Shown here piece by piece: positions 11,775 through 22,009 of a DNA stretch of 64,000 nucleotides. A program made the translations under genes and the position numbers. Source of the stretch: an uncultured Gammaproteobacteria bacterium (GTDB lineage: Bacteria > Patescibacteriota > Microgenomatia > Levybacterales > UBA12049); NCBI GenBank assembly GCA_964490105.1, contig CAZAZU010000001.1, positions 710,245 to 774,244 of the forward strand. The letters are read 5' to 3'. The notes under the pieces are model-generated. The model saw only the letters and a program-made list of their open reading frames with translations, did no database searches and had not been told where the DNA came from. Numbering within the stretch: the stretch's first letter is position 1; each line of letters starts with the position of its first letter.

Positions 11775-12314
11775 ATGCAATCTTCTGCCTCTATCAATCT
11801 AATCAAGAGTAAATCTAATCTTATTGATGAAATTTTAAGATGGGCTTTAAGCGTCGGGAGGCTTTTAATTATTCTTACAGAAATTGTGGCTTTCTCCACA
11901 TTTATCTATAGATTCACACTTGATAGAACCCTAATCGATTTACACGATAAAATAAAACAAGAACAAGCAATTGTCGCAAGTCTTAAGGACAGAGAGGCAA
12001 GTTATAGAAATTTACAAGGTAGGCTTAACGATGCCGCTAGCATTACGACAAACGGAAACAAAAATGTAAAAATTTTAAATGATCTTATTACTGCAACTCC
12101 ATCTGAAATTACATATAATTCTTTTGAAATTGGAGAAGGCGTCGTCTCCATCGATTCAAATATTCAATCTATTTCTTCATTAACAAACTTCCTTGCAATA
12201 ATTAGAGACTATCCCGAGACCAGCTCTGTAACAATAGATAGAATTGACAACCAATCTCTAACTAATTCAGTGAATGTCCTGATAACAATTAAACTAAAAG
12301 GAGCACCCATCTAA
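11775..12314 (+). CDS. PilN-like type IV pilus alignment protein
   Basis: N-terminal INL motif (SINLIK), one TM, coiled coil, then a ferredoxin-like domain; precedes a PilO-like gene. Confidence 0.75.
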   Translation: MQSSASINLIKSKSNLIDEILRWALSVGRLLIILTEIVAFSTFIYRFTLDRTLIDLHDKIKQEQAIVASLKDREASYRNLQGRLNDAASITTNGNKNVKILNDLITATPSEITYNSFEIGEGVVSIDSNIQSISSLTNFLAIIRDYPETSSVTIDRIDNQSLTNSVNVLITIKLKGAPI

Positions 12315-12916
12315 TGAAAAAAGTATTTAAAGGTATAAAATATGAAAAATATTACAAAGATATTCTTCCGTATTTAAAAAAACAGAAGAATCAGGAATAT
12401 TTTGCAATTATACTAACTCTTGGAGCTACTATATTTTTCGCTCTTTTTGCGATAAATCCTACTATCTCTACAATAGTTAAGCTTAGAAAAGAAATAGAAG
12501 ACAGCAAATTCGTAGAGTCTGCGCTTACCAAAAAAATTAATAATTTGTCTAGTCTTTCCACTGAATATTCTGTGATTCAATCGGATATTCCAGTCGTCCT
12601 TGATGCTATTCCGGAACAACCACAAGCCCCTACGCTTGTTGGACAAATTCAAACAATTGCGCAAGGCTCTAATGTTGTAATTGAAAAGCTGGATGTATCA
12701 GAAGTCGGACTAAATGAAGCAGGCGCATCTACCAGTTCTAAATTTAGCTTTGAATTAACAGGAACATCAAATTATGAAAGTCTTGACAGCTTCATTTCAG
12801 AACTTATTACTATGCAAAGAATAGTTTCTCTGGAAAAAATTTCTTTAACCAAGAATTCAGATTCTGAAACTTTGCAATTAGACATAAAAGGCTCAGCATA
12901 TTACAAGAAAGAATGA
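12314..12916 (+). CDS. PilO-like type IV pilus alignment protein
   Basis: TM plus coiled coil; LDAIPEQP; FELTG.YESLDSFISELITMQRIVSLEKISL. Confidence 0.8.
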   Translation: MKKVFKGIKYEKYYKDILPYLKKQKNQEYFAIILTLGATIFFALFAINPTISTIVKLRKEIEDSKFVESALTKKINNLSSLSTEYSVIQSDIPVVLDAIPEQPQAPTLVGQIQTIAQGSNVVIEKLDVSEVGLNEAGASTSSKFSFELTGTSNYESLDSFISELITMQRIVSLEKISLTKNSDSETLQLDIKGSAYYKKE

Positions 12917-13230
12917 AACAAAAAGATTTACTCATCCTGCTAATTCCGATGTTTTTAATAACTGTTCTCTGGGTGATATTTAATATTTATCATAATCACA
13001 TTAGCTCAACTATCACTGATCCATTAACAGTGCAAATTATTCCCATTGATGGAAAATTTAACAGAGCTTCACTCGAAAGCATAAAAGACCGAAAAAGAGT
13101 AGAACCTTTATTCATCGCGCCTGTAATTGAAGTTGATGATGCGCCGCCTACGATTTCACCTACCCCCATAGCGCAAATAACTGGAACAGCAAGTCCATCT
13201 GCTGCGCCAACAAACCAGCAAGATCTTTAA
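12913..13230 (+). CDS. Single-TM hypothetical protein with a Pro/Thr tail, at the pilP-equivalent position
   Basis: ATGA overlap with the PilO-like gene; TM followed by PPTISPTP...ASPSAAPT. Confidence 0.7.
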   Translation: MKQKDLLILLIPMFLITVLWVIFNIYHNHISSTITDPLTVQIIPIDGKFNRASLESIKDRKRVEPLFIAPVIEVDDAPPTISPTPIAQITGTASPSAAPTNQQDL

Positions 13231-13235
13231 TTTTT

Positions 13236-14330
13236 ATGAAGAATTTATGGACTAAAAAAATTCCAACACTAATAGGACTTCTGCTAATTAGCGTAGGAAC
13301 CATATTAACGACATTTTTAGTAAGGGGCGACACAATTTTTCAAATTAGAGCAGGCCCAGGCGAAGATCCAAAGAACATAAAAATAACTAATGTGTCCGAT
13401 AGCGCCTTTACTGTTACCTATCTAACTGACGACAAAGTAATAGGTACCGTTAACCATGGAATTGATCCAAATAATTTAGACGGAATTTCGCTTGATGACA
13501 GAGATCAACTATCTCAGCAAATAAATAAATATAATTCTCACTCAATTACTGTAAGAAACTTAGACCCTAATACTAAATACTATTATAGTATTAACTCCGG
13601 ATCCAAAAAATATCAGGATACAGGATTTAAATTTGAAGTAACAACGCATGGAGAAATTTCAGAAAACCCCTCTTCCCAGATTCCGGTGAGCGGAAGGGTA
13701 GTTCTCCCGGATGGAACGGGCCCGAACGATGGCATAGTGTATGTAAAAATTAAAGATGCTGAAACAATCTCATCTCTTTTAAAAGAACGCGGATCGTATA
13801 CAGTTCCCCTTAATGCTTTAAGAAAATTAGACTTAGATGAATATTTAGAAATTAACGAGAATACAATTATCAATATTGATATTTTTTCTGGAGGATTATA
13901 TTCTTCAGTAAGTGTCACACCGAACGAAATTAATCCAGTTCCTCTAGTTACGCTTTCCGGAAATTATGATTTCTCAAAAACAAACGAAAATAATAAAGAA
14001 AACAATAATCAAGAGAGTTCATTTCCAAAGTTTGGTCAGTTAAACCAACAGGGAGGGGTAAATAGAATGATTTCACAAACACCAACACCTAGCCCAACTC
14101 CAACCCCAAACCCTTCGCCGACTACTGTAAGAATAAGTCCTAGCGCTAGCCCTACTCCAACCATTTTTACCCCGACTCCTACCCCGTCAACAATAACACA
14201 GATAAGCCCTTTACCAACCCTCCCCCCAACTGGAAATCCTTCTGTTATAATTGCTAGTATTGTCGGATTTGTAGCCACAATTTCTGGAATAATTGCATTA
14301 TTTTTCACCAGGATAAAGGACACAATATGA
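13236..14330 (+). CDS. Fibronectin-III-like surface protein with a Thr/Pro linker and an LPxTG-like C-terminal sorting signal
   Basis: PKNIKITNVSDSAFTVTY...HSITVRNLDPNTKYYY; TPTPSPTPTP; LPPTG followed by a hydrophobic helix and RIK. Confidence 0.8.
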   Translation: MKNLWTKKIPTLIGLLLISVGTILTTFLVRGDTIFQIRAGPGEDPKNIKITNVSDSAFTVTYLTDDKVIGTVNHGIDPNNLDGISLDDRDQLSQQINKYNSHSITVRNLDPNTKYYYSINSGSKKYQDTGFKFEVTTHGEISENPSSQIPVSGRVVLPDGTGPNDGIVYVKIKDAETISSLLKERGSYTVPLNALRKLDLDEYLEINENTIINIDIFSGGLYSSVSVTPNEINPVPLVTLSGNYDFSKTNENNKENNNQESSFPKFGQLNQQGGVNRMISQTPTPSPTPTPNPSPTTVRISPSASPTPTIFTPTPTPSTITQISPLPTLPPTGNPSVIIASIVGFVATISGIIALFFTRIKDTI

Positions 14331-15595
14331 AAATTGGAATTATTGGAGCTGGTTTTACCGGATTATCAGCAGCATACTATTTACAAAAAGATGGACACGA
14401 GGTTACAGTTTTTGAAAAAGACGAAATTCCTGGTGGACTCGCTCTTGGATTTAAAGAAAATGTTTGGGACTGGACCCTTGAAAAGCACTATCATCACTGG
14501 TTCACGAACGATAAAAGTGTTTTGGATTTAGCAAAGGAGATAAACCATGATGTTCTAATTAAAAGACCAATCACCTCTGTTTATTTGAATGACGGAAAAA
14601 TTTATCAGCTCGATTCGCCAATTGCAGTTCTGAAATTTGCAAAATTATCTATCCTTGAAAGATTACGAATGGCTGCAGTCTTAGGTTTATTTTTTAAATA
14701 TAATCCTATCTGGAAACCTCTTGAAAAAATAAATGCCGAGCCTTTTCTCAAATCATCGATGGGGAAAAAAACTTATGAATTAATTTGGGAACCTCAGCTT
14801 TTAAGTAAATTTGGAAAATATAAAAATGATGTTTCTCTTGCTTGGTTTTGGGCAAGAGTTCACAAGAGAACAACAAAGCTCGCATACCCCAACGGAGGTT
14901 TTTTAGATTTTGCTAACCATCTAGTTAAGGAGGTCGAGAAAAAAGGCGGGAAAGTACTATTTAAATCAGGGGTAGAAAAAATTGAAAGCAATAAAAAAGT
15001 AATCATAAAAGCTGATGGTAAAAAATTTGAATTCGATAAAGTCATTGTCACCCTCCCGTCCTTCTACTTCTCAAAGATTGCAGATCTTCCAGAAAGTTAC
15101 TTAAAAAAAATGTCGAACTTAAAAGGCCTAGGAGCGATCAACCTTGTTCTAAGACTGAAAGAGCCTTTCTTTAAAGATTCAACGTATTGGCTAAGCGTAT
15201 GCGATAAGGAAGCTCCAATCTTGGCAATTGTAGAACATACGAATTTTATGGATAAGAAAAACTATAACAATGAAAATTTACTTTATTTAGGAAATTATCT
15301 GCCTTCTGATCATCCATATTTCTCAATGGATAAAAAAGATATATTAAAAAAATATGATCCGTTTTTAAAAAAATTAAATCCTGATTATGGTAAGAGCATT
15401 ATCGATTTCGAGGCATTTAAGGCTCCTTTCGCTCAACCAATAATTCCTGTCAATTATTCAAAGATGATTCCACCAACTGAGACACCCCTAAAAAATGTGT
15501 ATTTAGCAAATATTCAGCAGGTCTATCCATGGGACCGAGGAACTAATTATGCAGTTGAACTGGGAAAAAAAGTAGCAGAACAAATAAGTAAATAA
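14327..15595 (+). CDS. FAD-dependent oxidoreductase (amine oxidase/protoporphyrinogen oxidase/UGM-like superfamily), substrate unknown
   Basis: MKIGIIGAGFTGLSAA, EKDEIPGGLA, LEKHYHHWF; C-terminal YPWDRGTNYAV. Confidence 0.85.
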   Translation: MKIGIIGAGFTGLSAAYYLQKDGHEVTVFEKDEIPGGLALGFKENVWDWTLEKHYHHWFTNDKSVLDLAKEINHDVLIKRPITSVYLNDGKIYQLDSPIAVLKFAKLSILERLRMAAVLGLFFKYNPIWKPLEKINAEPFLKSSMGKKTYELIWEPQLLSKFGKYKNDVSLAWFWARVHKRTTKLAYPNGGFLDFANHLVKEVEKKGGKVLFKSGVEKIESNKKVIIKADGKKFEFDKVIVTLPSFYFSKIADLPESYLKKMSNLKGLGAINLVLRLKEPFFKDSTYWLSVCDKEAPILAIVEHTNFMDKKNYNNENLLYLGNYLPSDHPYFSMDKKDILKKYDPFLKKLNPDYGKSIIDFEAFKAPFAQPIIPVNYSKMIPPTETPLKNVYLANIQQVYPWDRGTNYAVELGKKVAEQISK

Positions 15596-17232
15596 TGAGA
15601 TTCAAAAATCTTATTAATAAATATGCCTCAGAAATTATAGTGCTCTTTATTGGATCCTCCTTCGGTTTTATTTTATTTTTTTCTACTTTTTTTAAAGATG
15701 GAGATAAAATTTATATTGCATCAAAAGCATGGAGCGACTTCGCAAGTCACATACCCCTAATTAGGTCTTTTTCTTTAGGTTTTAATTTTCCCCCACAGTT
15801 CCCATTATTTCCAGGGGAACCAATTAAATATCATTTTATTTTTTATTACCTTGTGGGAATCTTAGAGAAAATTGGATTAAACATCGTACTTGCTCTAAAC
15901 ATCCCATCATTCTTAGGTTTTGTTTTTCTAATATTTATGATTTATTTTTTCGCTAAAGAACTATTCAAATCAAAATCTGTAGGAATTTTAAGCGTAATAT
16001 TTTTTCTATTTAATTCATCTCTTACTTATATTTATTTTTTTAAGAAATATCCGCCTTCAATTGATTCAATAAGTCAAATAATTAAGAACGCCGATTTCCT
16101 TTCTTTTGCTCCTTACGGAGATGGGATTATTTCTGCCTTCTGGAATCTTAATATCTACACAAATCAAAGACACTTAGCAGTTTCCTTTGGACTATCTCTT
16201 TTAATAATTTATTTGTCTATAAAGCCACTCATCAAAAATGAAAATCCAAAAATCCGGACATACGTAATACTGGGAAGCATTTTAGGATTAAGCTTTTATT
16301 TACATACCGCTGTATTTTTAATGACAATAATTATTATGGGAGCACTTTTAATCCAGCTTAAAGGATTAAGAAAAAATATTTTCGTCCTAATGTTAGCCGC
16401 TGCAGCAATTTCCCTGCCTCAGTACTTCTACTTGACCTCATCTCCTGGATTTTCTCCACATCTTCAAGCAGGATATTTGATTTCAGGAGATCTAAACCCT
16501 AAAAATATTATAGAGTTTTGGGTCTATAATTTAGGAATTTGCTTATTTCTTATTCCCCTAGGATTTATATTTGCAAATAAATTTCAAAGAAATATTCTTT
16601 TTTCATTTTTTATGCTATTTATTGTTGGGAACACAATTCAGTTTTCTCCGGAAATTGCAGCAAACCATAAATTCTTTAATTTCTTTTTAATCTTAGGAAA
16701 TATGTTTTCTGCTTTTATAATTATTAAGATATTTAAAAAGAAAGTTATTTCCGCTTTGGCAATTATATTAGTTATTTTTATGACATTGGGAGGAATCATA
16801 GATTTATTCCCGATTGTTAATGATAGAAAGTATGAATTGAATGATCATAAAACAAATGCTGATGCGAAATGGATTCTAGAAAACACTGAAAAAGATTCCA
16901 TTTTTCTAAATACAATATTTCTCTATAACCCAGCTTCGATTGCAGGAAGAAAGATATTTTTAGGTTGGCCATATTTTGCCTGGTCCCAAGGATATGACAC
17001 CTATAAAAGAGGTGACGTTATTAAATCCATACTAAGCTCTACTAATAAATCTGAAGCATGTAGTCTGCTTTTAGAAAGTAGTATTGATTATGTTGAGATA
17101 AAAATTCAAGACCCTCCTGATCCAAATGTACCCACCATTTCGAGTCTTTATGAAGAAGAATTTACCAAATCTTATGAAAATATAAATAATAATTATTCAA
17201 TTTATAGTGTTCACAAAAACTGCGGATTGTAA
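15595..17232 (+). CDS. Polytopic membrane protein, probable GT-C glycosyltransferase
   Basis: First external loop WSDFASH; YHFIFYY; many TMs; soluble C-terminal domain WILENT...AGRKIFLGWPYFAWSQG. Confidence 0.65.
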   Translation: MRFKNLINKYASEIIVLFIGSSFGFILFFSTFFKDGDKIYIASKAWSDFASHIPLIRSFSLGFNFPPQFPLFPGEPIKYHFIFYYLVGILEKIGLNIVLALNIPSFLGFVFLIFMIYFFAKELFKSKSVGILSVIFFLFNSSLTYIYFFKKYPPSIDSISQIIKNADFLSFAPYGDGIISAFWNLNIYTNQRHLAVSFGLSLLIIYLSIKPLIKNENPKIRTYVILGSILGLSFYLHTAVFLMTIIIMGALLIQLKGLRKNIFVLMLAAAAISLPQYFYLTSSPGFSPHLQAGYLISGDLNPKNIIEFWVYNLGICLFLIPLGFIFANKFQRNILFSFFMLFIVGNTIQFSPEIAANHKFFNFFLILGNMFSAFIIIKIFKKKVISALAIILVIFMTLGGIIDLFPIVNDRKYELNDHKTNADAKWILENTEKDSIFLNTIFLYNPASIAGRKIFLGWPYFAWSQGYDTYKRGDVIKSILSSTNKSEACSLLLESSIDYVEIKIQDPPDPNVPTISSLYEEEFTKSYENINNNYSIYSVHKNCGL

Positions 17233-18495
17233 ATGACGGAAGTAAAAAAATTTTTAATTCATATTCTTGGAAGCAAATTATTAATCTTGGGATTCTTAAT
17301 ATACTTTCTGTTTAATCTATCTGCATTAAAAACAAACTGGCTAGATTACTTCTTCTTCGGAAGCTCTCTTCACTACTGCTGCCAAGGAATTGATTTCTAT
17401 GGAATACCAAATGGCGTTTATTCATTTATCAACGGGGGCGAACTAAGCGGAGGAGGCTTACCCGAAAACATTAAGCCTTTTTCAAGAAATATTACGAGCA
17501 ATCCAAATGATTATCATCCTATCACTGCTTTTGTCATGGGCAGTCTAATTATTGTTTTTAATTATCAGAATGTTTTCTATTATTGGATGGTTGCTAAAAT
17601 ATTAATCACGATTTTTATTGCGTACTATATATACAAAAACTTCCCTGATAATAAATTTCTAAATCTTTCAATTTTTGTTTTTTTAACAAATTTTGCTCAA
17701 TATAGTGAAATTCGAATTTCTCAATATCAATTTCTATTTAATACTTTCCTTTTACTATTTTCGATTAGCTTAGTAAAGAAAAAGGAAGAACTCGAAAGGG
17801 GGATTTTATTTTTTCTTACATTGATTGCAAAACCAATTAGCCTCCTTTTCTTACCTGTTTTATTTATTAAAAATAATTACAAACCAGCATTAATCGGAGG
17901 AAGTATTTTTATCGCTTCAACTCTTACTTTTAACATATTGGGAATTGGAAATTACTTTACGGACAACCTAATTTATCATCTTTTAAATCCTAAGGAGGGA
18001 AAATCCATTGACTACATGTCTCTAGAGGCATTTTTAAGATACACTTTTAATCTATCTCCGGAATTTATTAAATACCTTAAGTATCTTGTGCTCGTATCAA
18101 TATATTTAATTACATTGAACAAAAGAACTCATATTCTAACTATTATTTTCTTTTTAATCTCATATTTCCTATTCTTTTATGATCATCTTTTCCAATATCA
18201 CTTTAGCGTTTTGGGTCCACTCCTAGCAATTTGCCTCCTAACACTTCCAAACTTTCAAACAAAATTTGCAAAATTACTCATTTTCGCAATCTGTCTACCG
18301 ACGGTTTTCTTTATCCTGAGAGTATTTAATTTTGAATTTATTATGGATCCTGTCTATGGTCCAAATCCTACCACGAAAGGCTGGCAAATAACATCATTCT
18401 TTCAATTGTTGCCGTTAACAATTTTATTCGTAATAATATTTATAAAAGAGATCCCCATGATAAAACCTGAAAAATTAAAATTTATAAAAAAATGA
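17233..18495 (+). CDS. Polytopic membrane protein, probable GT-C (GT87-like)
   Basis: GIDFY, YHP, SQYQ and IAKP motifs placed as in GT87-type proteins; about 10 TMs. Confidence 0.55.
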   Translation: MTEVKKFLIHILGSKLLILGFLIYFLFNLSALKTNWLDYFFFGSSLHYCCQGIDFYGIPNGVYSFINGGELSGGGLPENIKPFSRNITSNPNDYHPITAFVMGSLIIVFNYQNVFYYWMVAKILITIFIAYYIYKNFPDNKFLNLSIFVFLTNFAQYSEIRISQYQFLFNTFLLLFSISLVKKKEELERGILFFLTLIAKPISLLFLPVLFIKNNYKPALIGGSIFIASTLTFNILGIGNYFTDNLIYHLLNPKEGKSIDYMSLEAFLRYTFNLSPEFIKYLKYLVLVSIYLITLNKRTHILTIIFFLISYFLFFYDHLFQYHFSVLGPLLAICLLTLPNFQTKFAKLLIFAICLPTVFFILRVFNFEFIMDPVYGPNPTTKGWQITSFFQLLPLTILFVIIFIKEIPMIKPEKLKFIKK

Positions 18496-19880
18496 AAAAA
18501 CTAAAAGAACAAATCAGAGAACATGTTTTTGTTTTAATTTCAATTGTCTTTTTTCTTATATTAACTATTCCCTTCATAAACACACTTCCATATATGGATG
18601 GTAATATCGACTTTGTTCAGACTCTAGATTTTTATCAGGGAGGCATGAGTCAATATTTCTCAAATTGGAACACGGTACATCCTCCATTAAAACTATTACT
18701 TACGACGCCTCTTTATTTAATTTTTGGAGTATCACCAATAAGCTATTCTGCGCTTGGAATTATTTTTGGAATTATTGGGATTACTTCTATATATTTTTTA
18801 ACTAAGGAACTTTTTGGAAAATTTTCAGGGAATTTAGCAGCTTTGTTTTTTTCGATTTATCCATTATTTATCGCAAATTCAATATTTTCGATGCGAGACG
18901 CAATAGTGACTTCTTTAATTATCTGTTCACTTCTATTTTATAAAAGAAAAAATTTAATTCTCTATGGCTTAATATCTTCACTTGCAGTCCTTACAAAAGA
19001 AACAGCTCTACTTCTACCCTTAATTATTATTTTTATTGAGGTTATCTTTTTCTTTAAATCCAGAAAACTAAACATTAAATCATCTATAAATTATTTACTT
19101 CTATTTATACCTTTAGGCGTTTACTACATTTGGAAACTTATACTAAGCTCATACGGTAAAGATTCCTGGAGCGAATGGATATTTACAGAAACAGGAGAAA
19201 AAGGTGCAATCTTTACTATCATAAATAACTTAACTACCCTTGGATTCATAAATGCTTATTCGCAGTGGCATTGGAAGCAAGTTATATTTCTTAACTTTAA
19301 CTGGCTATATATTTTAATTATTATTTCCGCGGTTATTTTATATATATTTAATTTCAAAAAAATAAAATTTCATAAAAATATAGAAAACCTTAAAGTATTA
19401 CTAGCAATTATTTTATTTGTCACATCATATTTTCTAACTGTTCTTTCTCTTCAAACCTATACAATCCCTAGGTATGCGCTGCCTGTTATTCCGTTTTTAA
19501 TTATTGGGCTTTCAAAAAGTATTACTGCTCTAAAAAATGACATTGCGGTAAAATCTGCAGGAATCTTATTATATTTAATTATTTTAATTTCTCTTTTTAG
19601 CTCAGTTGATCCAGTTGCTAAAAAAATATGGGGGAACATAAATATTTTTGATAATAATATTTATGCTTTAAATGATCATATGGCAGGAAACGATGGCATA
19701 ACATATAATATTCAATATCTTTTTATTGCAAAAGAAAGATCAGAAATGATAAAAAAAGCAAAAGACATTGAACTAGTAAGCGGATACTGCAGATGGATAT
19801 TACCAGATCCTAATAACGAAGTGAAAATGCTAAAAGAACTTAATCTTAATCCTGCTCTGTATTGTATTCAAATTAGATAA
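18492..19880 (+). CDS. ArnT/PMT (GT39/GT83-like) membrane glycosyltransferase
   Basis: YMDG, VHPPL, SMRDA and LAVLTKET motifs. Confidence 0.8.
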   Translation: MKKLKEQIREHVFVLISIVFFLILTIPFINTLPYMDGNIDFVQTLDFYQGGMSQYFSNWNTVHPPLKLLLTTPLYLIFGVSPISYSALGIIFGIIGITSIYFLTKELFGKFSGNLAALFFSIYPLFIANSIFSMRDAIVTSLIICSLLFYKRKNLILYGLISSLAVLTKETALLLPLIIIFIEVIFFFKSRKLNIKSSINYLLLFIPLGVYYIWKLILSSYGKDSWSEWIFTETGEKGAIFTIINNLTTLGFINAYSQWHWKQVIFLNFNWLYILIIISAVILYIFNFKKIKFHKNIENLKVLLAIILFVTSYFLTVLSLQTYTIPRYALPVIPFLIIGLSKSITALKNDIAVKSAGILLYLIILISLFSSVDPVAKKIWGNINIFDNNIYALNDHMAGNDGITYNIQYLFIAKERSEMIKKAKDIELVSGYCRWILPDPNNEVKMLKELNLNPALYCIQIR

Positions 19881-22009
19881 TGCCAATACTGGATCTCTTA
19901 TATATATTCAAATGGTGGGCAGTTTTTTTCTTTATAGGAATATCTTTTCTGCCGCTATCCTCAAAAATATTTGGCTCTTTCATAGATAAAGGCTACATTT
20001 TTTCTAAAGTTCTAGGACTGGTATTAGTTTCATACATCATTTATGTATTAGGAACATTTCATTTACTAAAGTTCACTACACAAAACATATTTATCGTCTG
20101 GATTCTAATCGCAACTACGTCCATATTCTTTTTAAGAAAAGAAAATTTTAATTTAAAGAAAAATTTAAAGATATTTCTATTTGAAGAAATAATATTTCTA
20201 ACTACACTCATAGCCTGGTCCTTTGTTAGGGCTCATCAGCCTGACATTCATGATTTAGAAAAATTCATGGATTATGGTTTTATTAATTCTATTCTAAGAT
20301 CTGAATATTTCCCCCCTCGCGATATGTGGCTTACGCCTCTATCAATAAACTACTACTATTTCGGTCATCTTTTTACAGCTGTTGCGACAAAAGCATCAGG
20401 TATCCCTTCTTTTATAACATTCAACTTAATGATTGCTACGATTTTTGCATTTACATTCACTCTTTCATTTTCAATCGGAATTAATTTGATTCAGCAAATC
20501 AAAAAAATTTCACTTAAGAAAACTTTTATTCTAGGTTTTATTTTTGCTTACGTTGTTTCGTTGTCAGGAAATTTGCAAACTATTTTTTCGCTTTTTAAAA
20601 ATTATAACGGAGAGACGCCGGTTCCATTCTGGGAACTACCCTTATCTATTTTTACATTTCCCAACGGATACTGGTATCCAAATGCCACCAGATTTATTTA
20701 CCACACTATTCATGAATTCCCTTCATATTCATTTGTCGTAGCAGACCTGCACGGACACGTCCTCGATATTCCGATTGTAATTACCCTAATTGCATTTGCA
20801 CTTTTAATGTTTTTAGAAAACAAAATTAGAATTTCGCTAGTTATATTAACATCATTTTTTATTTCCATTGCCTACATGACCAACGCATGGGACGGACTTA
20901 TATACATAGGGTTATTCATAAATATTCTATTCGTTTTAGAATTTATAAATAATAAAAATAAAAAAATTACTAATAGATTTATAAATTCCTTTTTGAAATC
21001 TTTAAGATTCATACCAATAATTGGCGCTTTATTTTTTATTTTCACCTTTGTATTCAGCCAGAACTTCGCGCCATTTGCTTCTGAAATAGGAATTAACTGT
21101 TCACCAAAGCTTTTGTTGGAAATGAAAAGCTTCGGACCGTTCGTTTTCGAAGAAGGTCAGTGTCAACGCTCACCACTTTGGCAACTTGGAATACTATACG
21201 GATTTTTTATATTTATGCTGACGGGATTTTTTATATTCATAAAAAATAGAAAAATAATTCCTACTGATATTTTTGTAGGAGTAATATCTCTATTCTCAAT
21301 TCTTTTATTAATTGCTCCTGAGATAATTTACTTAAAAGATATTTATACTGGACATTTCAGAGCAAATACAATGTTTAAATTGGCATATCAAGCCTTCATA
21401 ATGCTCTCTTTTTCAAGCATTTACATATTTTTTAGAATTCTCTCATCATTCAAGACTGAATTTAAATCTAAATTCTCAAAAGTATCAGTTATAATATTTT
21501 CAATTATTGGTTTTACCCTGCTATTTATTGTTTCCATCTATCCCTACTTTTCAGTTCCTTCGGGTTACGGAGATTTAAAAACATATAAAGGCCTGAATGG
21601 AACAAATTATCTTAAAACCCTAAAACCCGGAGACCATGATGCCATAATCTGGATAAATCAAAACATAAAAGGCCAACCGGTAATCCTGGAGGCTCAAGGA
21701 GATTCATATACTGACTTTGCAAGAATCTCAGCAAACACAGGTCTTCCTACAGTGCTTGGATGGACGGTTCATGAATGGCTTTGGCGAGGAACATATGACG
21801 TACCATCTGCTAGATTTTCTGACATTCAAAATCTCTATGAATCAAAAGATCAGAACTTAACTAAAAGTATAATAAAAAAATATGATATTTCATATGTCTA
21901 TATCGGAGGCATGGAAAGAGAAAAATATAAAATATCTGAAGAAAAATTTTCTGAATTAGGATTCCTAATTTACGCTAAAGGAACATCTAGGATATATAAG
22001 ATCCGTTAA
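19880..22009 (+). CDS. DUF2298 (Chlor_Arch_YYY) family membrane protein, probable GT-C
   Basis: Motifs EKFMDYGF, FPPRDMW, INYYYFGH, TIHEFPSYSFVVADLHGH, RANTMFKL, TGLPTVLGW.VHEWLWRG. Confidence 0.85.
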   Translation: MPILDLLYIFKWWAVFFFIGISFLPLSSKIFGSFIDKGYIFSKVLGLVLVSYIIYVLGTFHLLKFTTQNIFIVWILIATTSIFFLRKENFNLKKNLKIFLFEEIIFLTTLIAWSFVRAHQPDIHDLEKFMDYGFINSILRSEYFPPRDMWLTPLSINYYYFGHLFTAVATKASGIPSFITFNLMIATIFAFTFTLSFSIGINLIQQIKKISLKKTFILGFIFAYVVSLSGNLQTIFSLFKNYNGETPVPFWELPLSIFTFPNGYWYPNATRFIYHTIHEFPSYSFVVADLHGHVLDIPIVITLIAFALLMFLENKIRISLVILTSFFISIAYMTNAWDGLIYIGLFINILFVLEFINNKNKKITNRFINSFLKSLRFIPIIGALFFIFTFVFSQNFAPFASEIGINCSPKLLLEMKSFGPFVFEEGQCQRSPLWQLGILYGFFIFMLTGFFIFIKNRKIIPTDIFVGVISLFSILLLIAPEIIYLKDIYTGHFRANTMFKLAYQAFIMLSFSSIYIFFRILSSFKTEFKSKFSKVSVIIFSIIGFTLLFIVSIYPYFSVPSGYGDLKTYKGLNGTNYLKTLKPGDHDAIIWINQNIKGQPVILEAQGDSYTDFARISANTGLPTVLGWTVHEWLWRGTYDVPSARFSDIQNLYESKDQNLTKSIIKKYDISYVYIGGMEREKYKISEEKFSELGFLIYAKGTSRIYKIR

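Noticed and set aside
14070-14230. C-rich quasi-repeats, also at about 7290-7390
   Set aside because: They encode Thr/Pro linkers; there is no constant repeat-spacer structure, so not a CRISPR array or VNTR.
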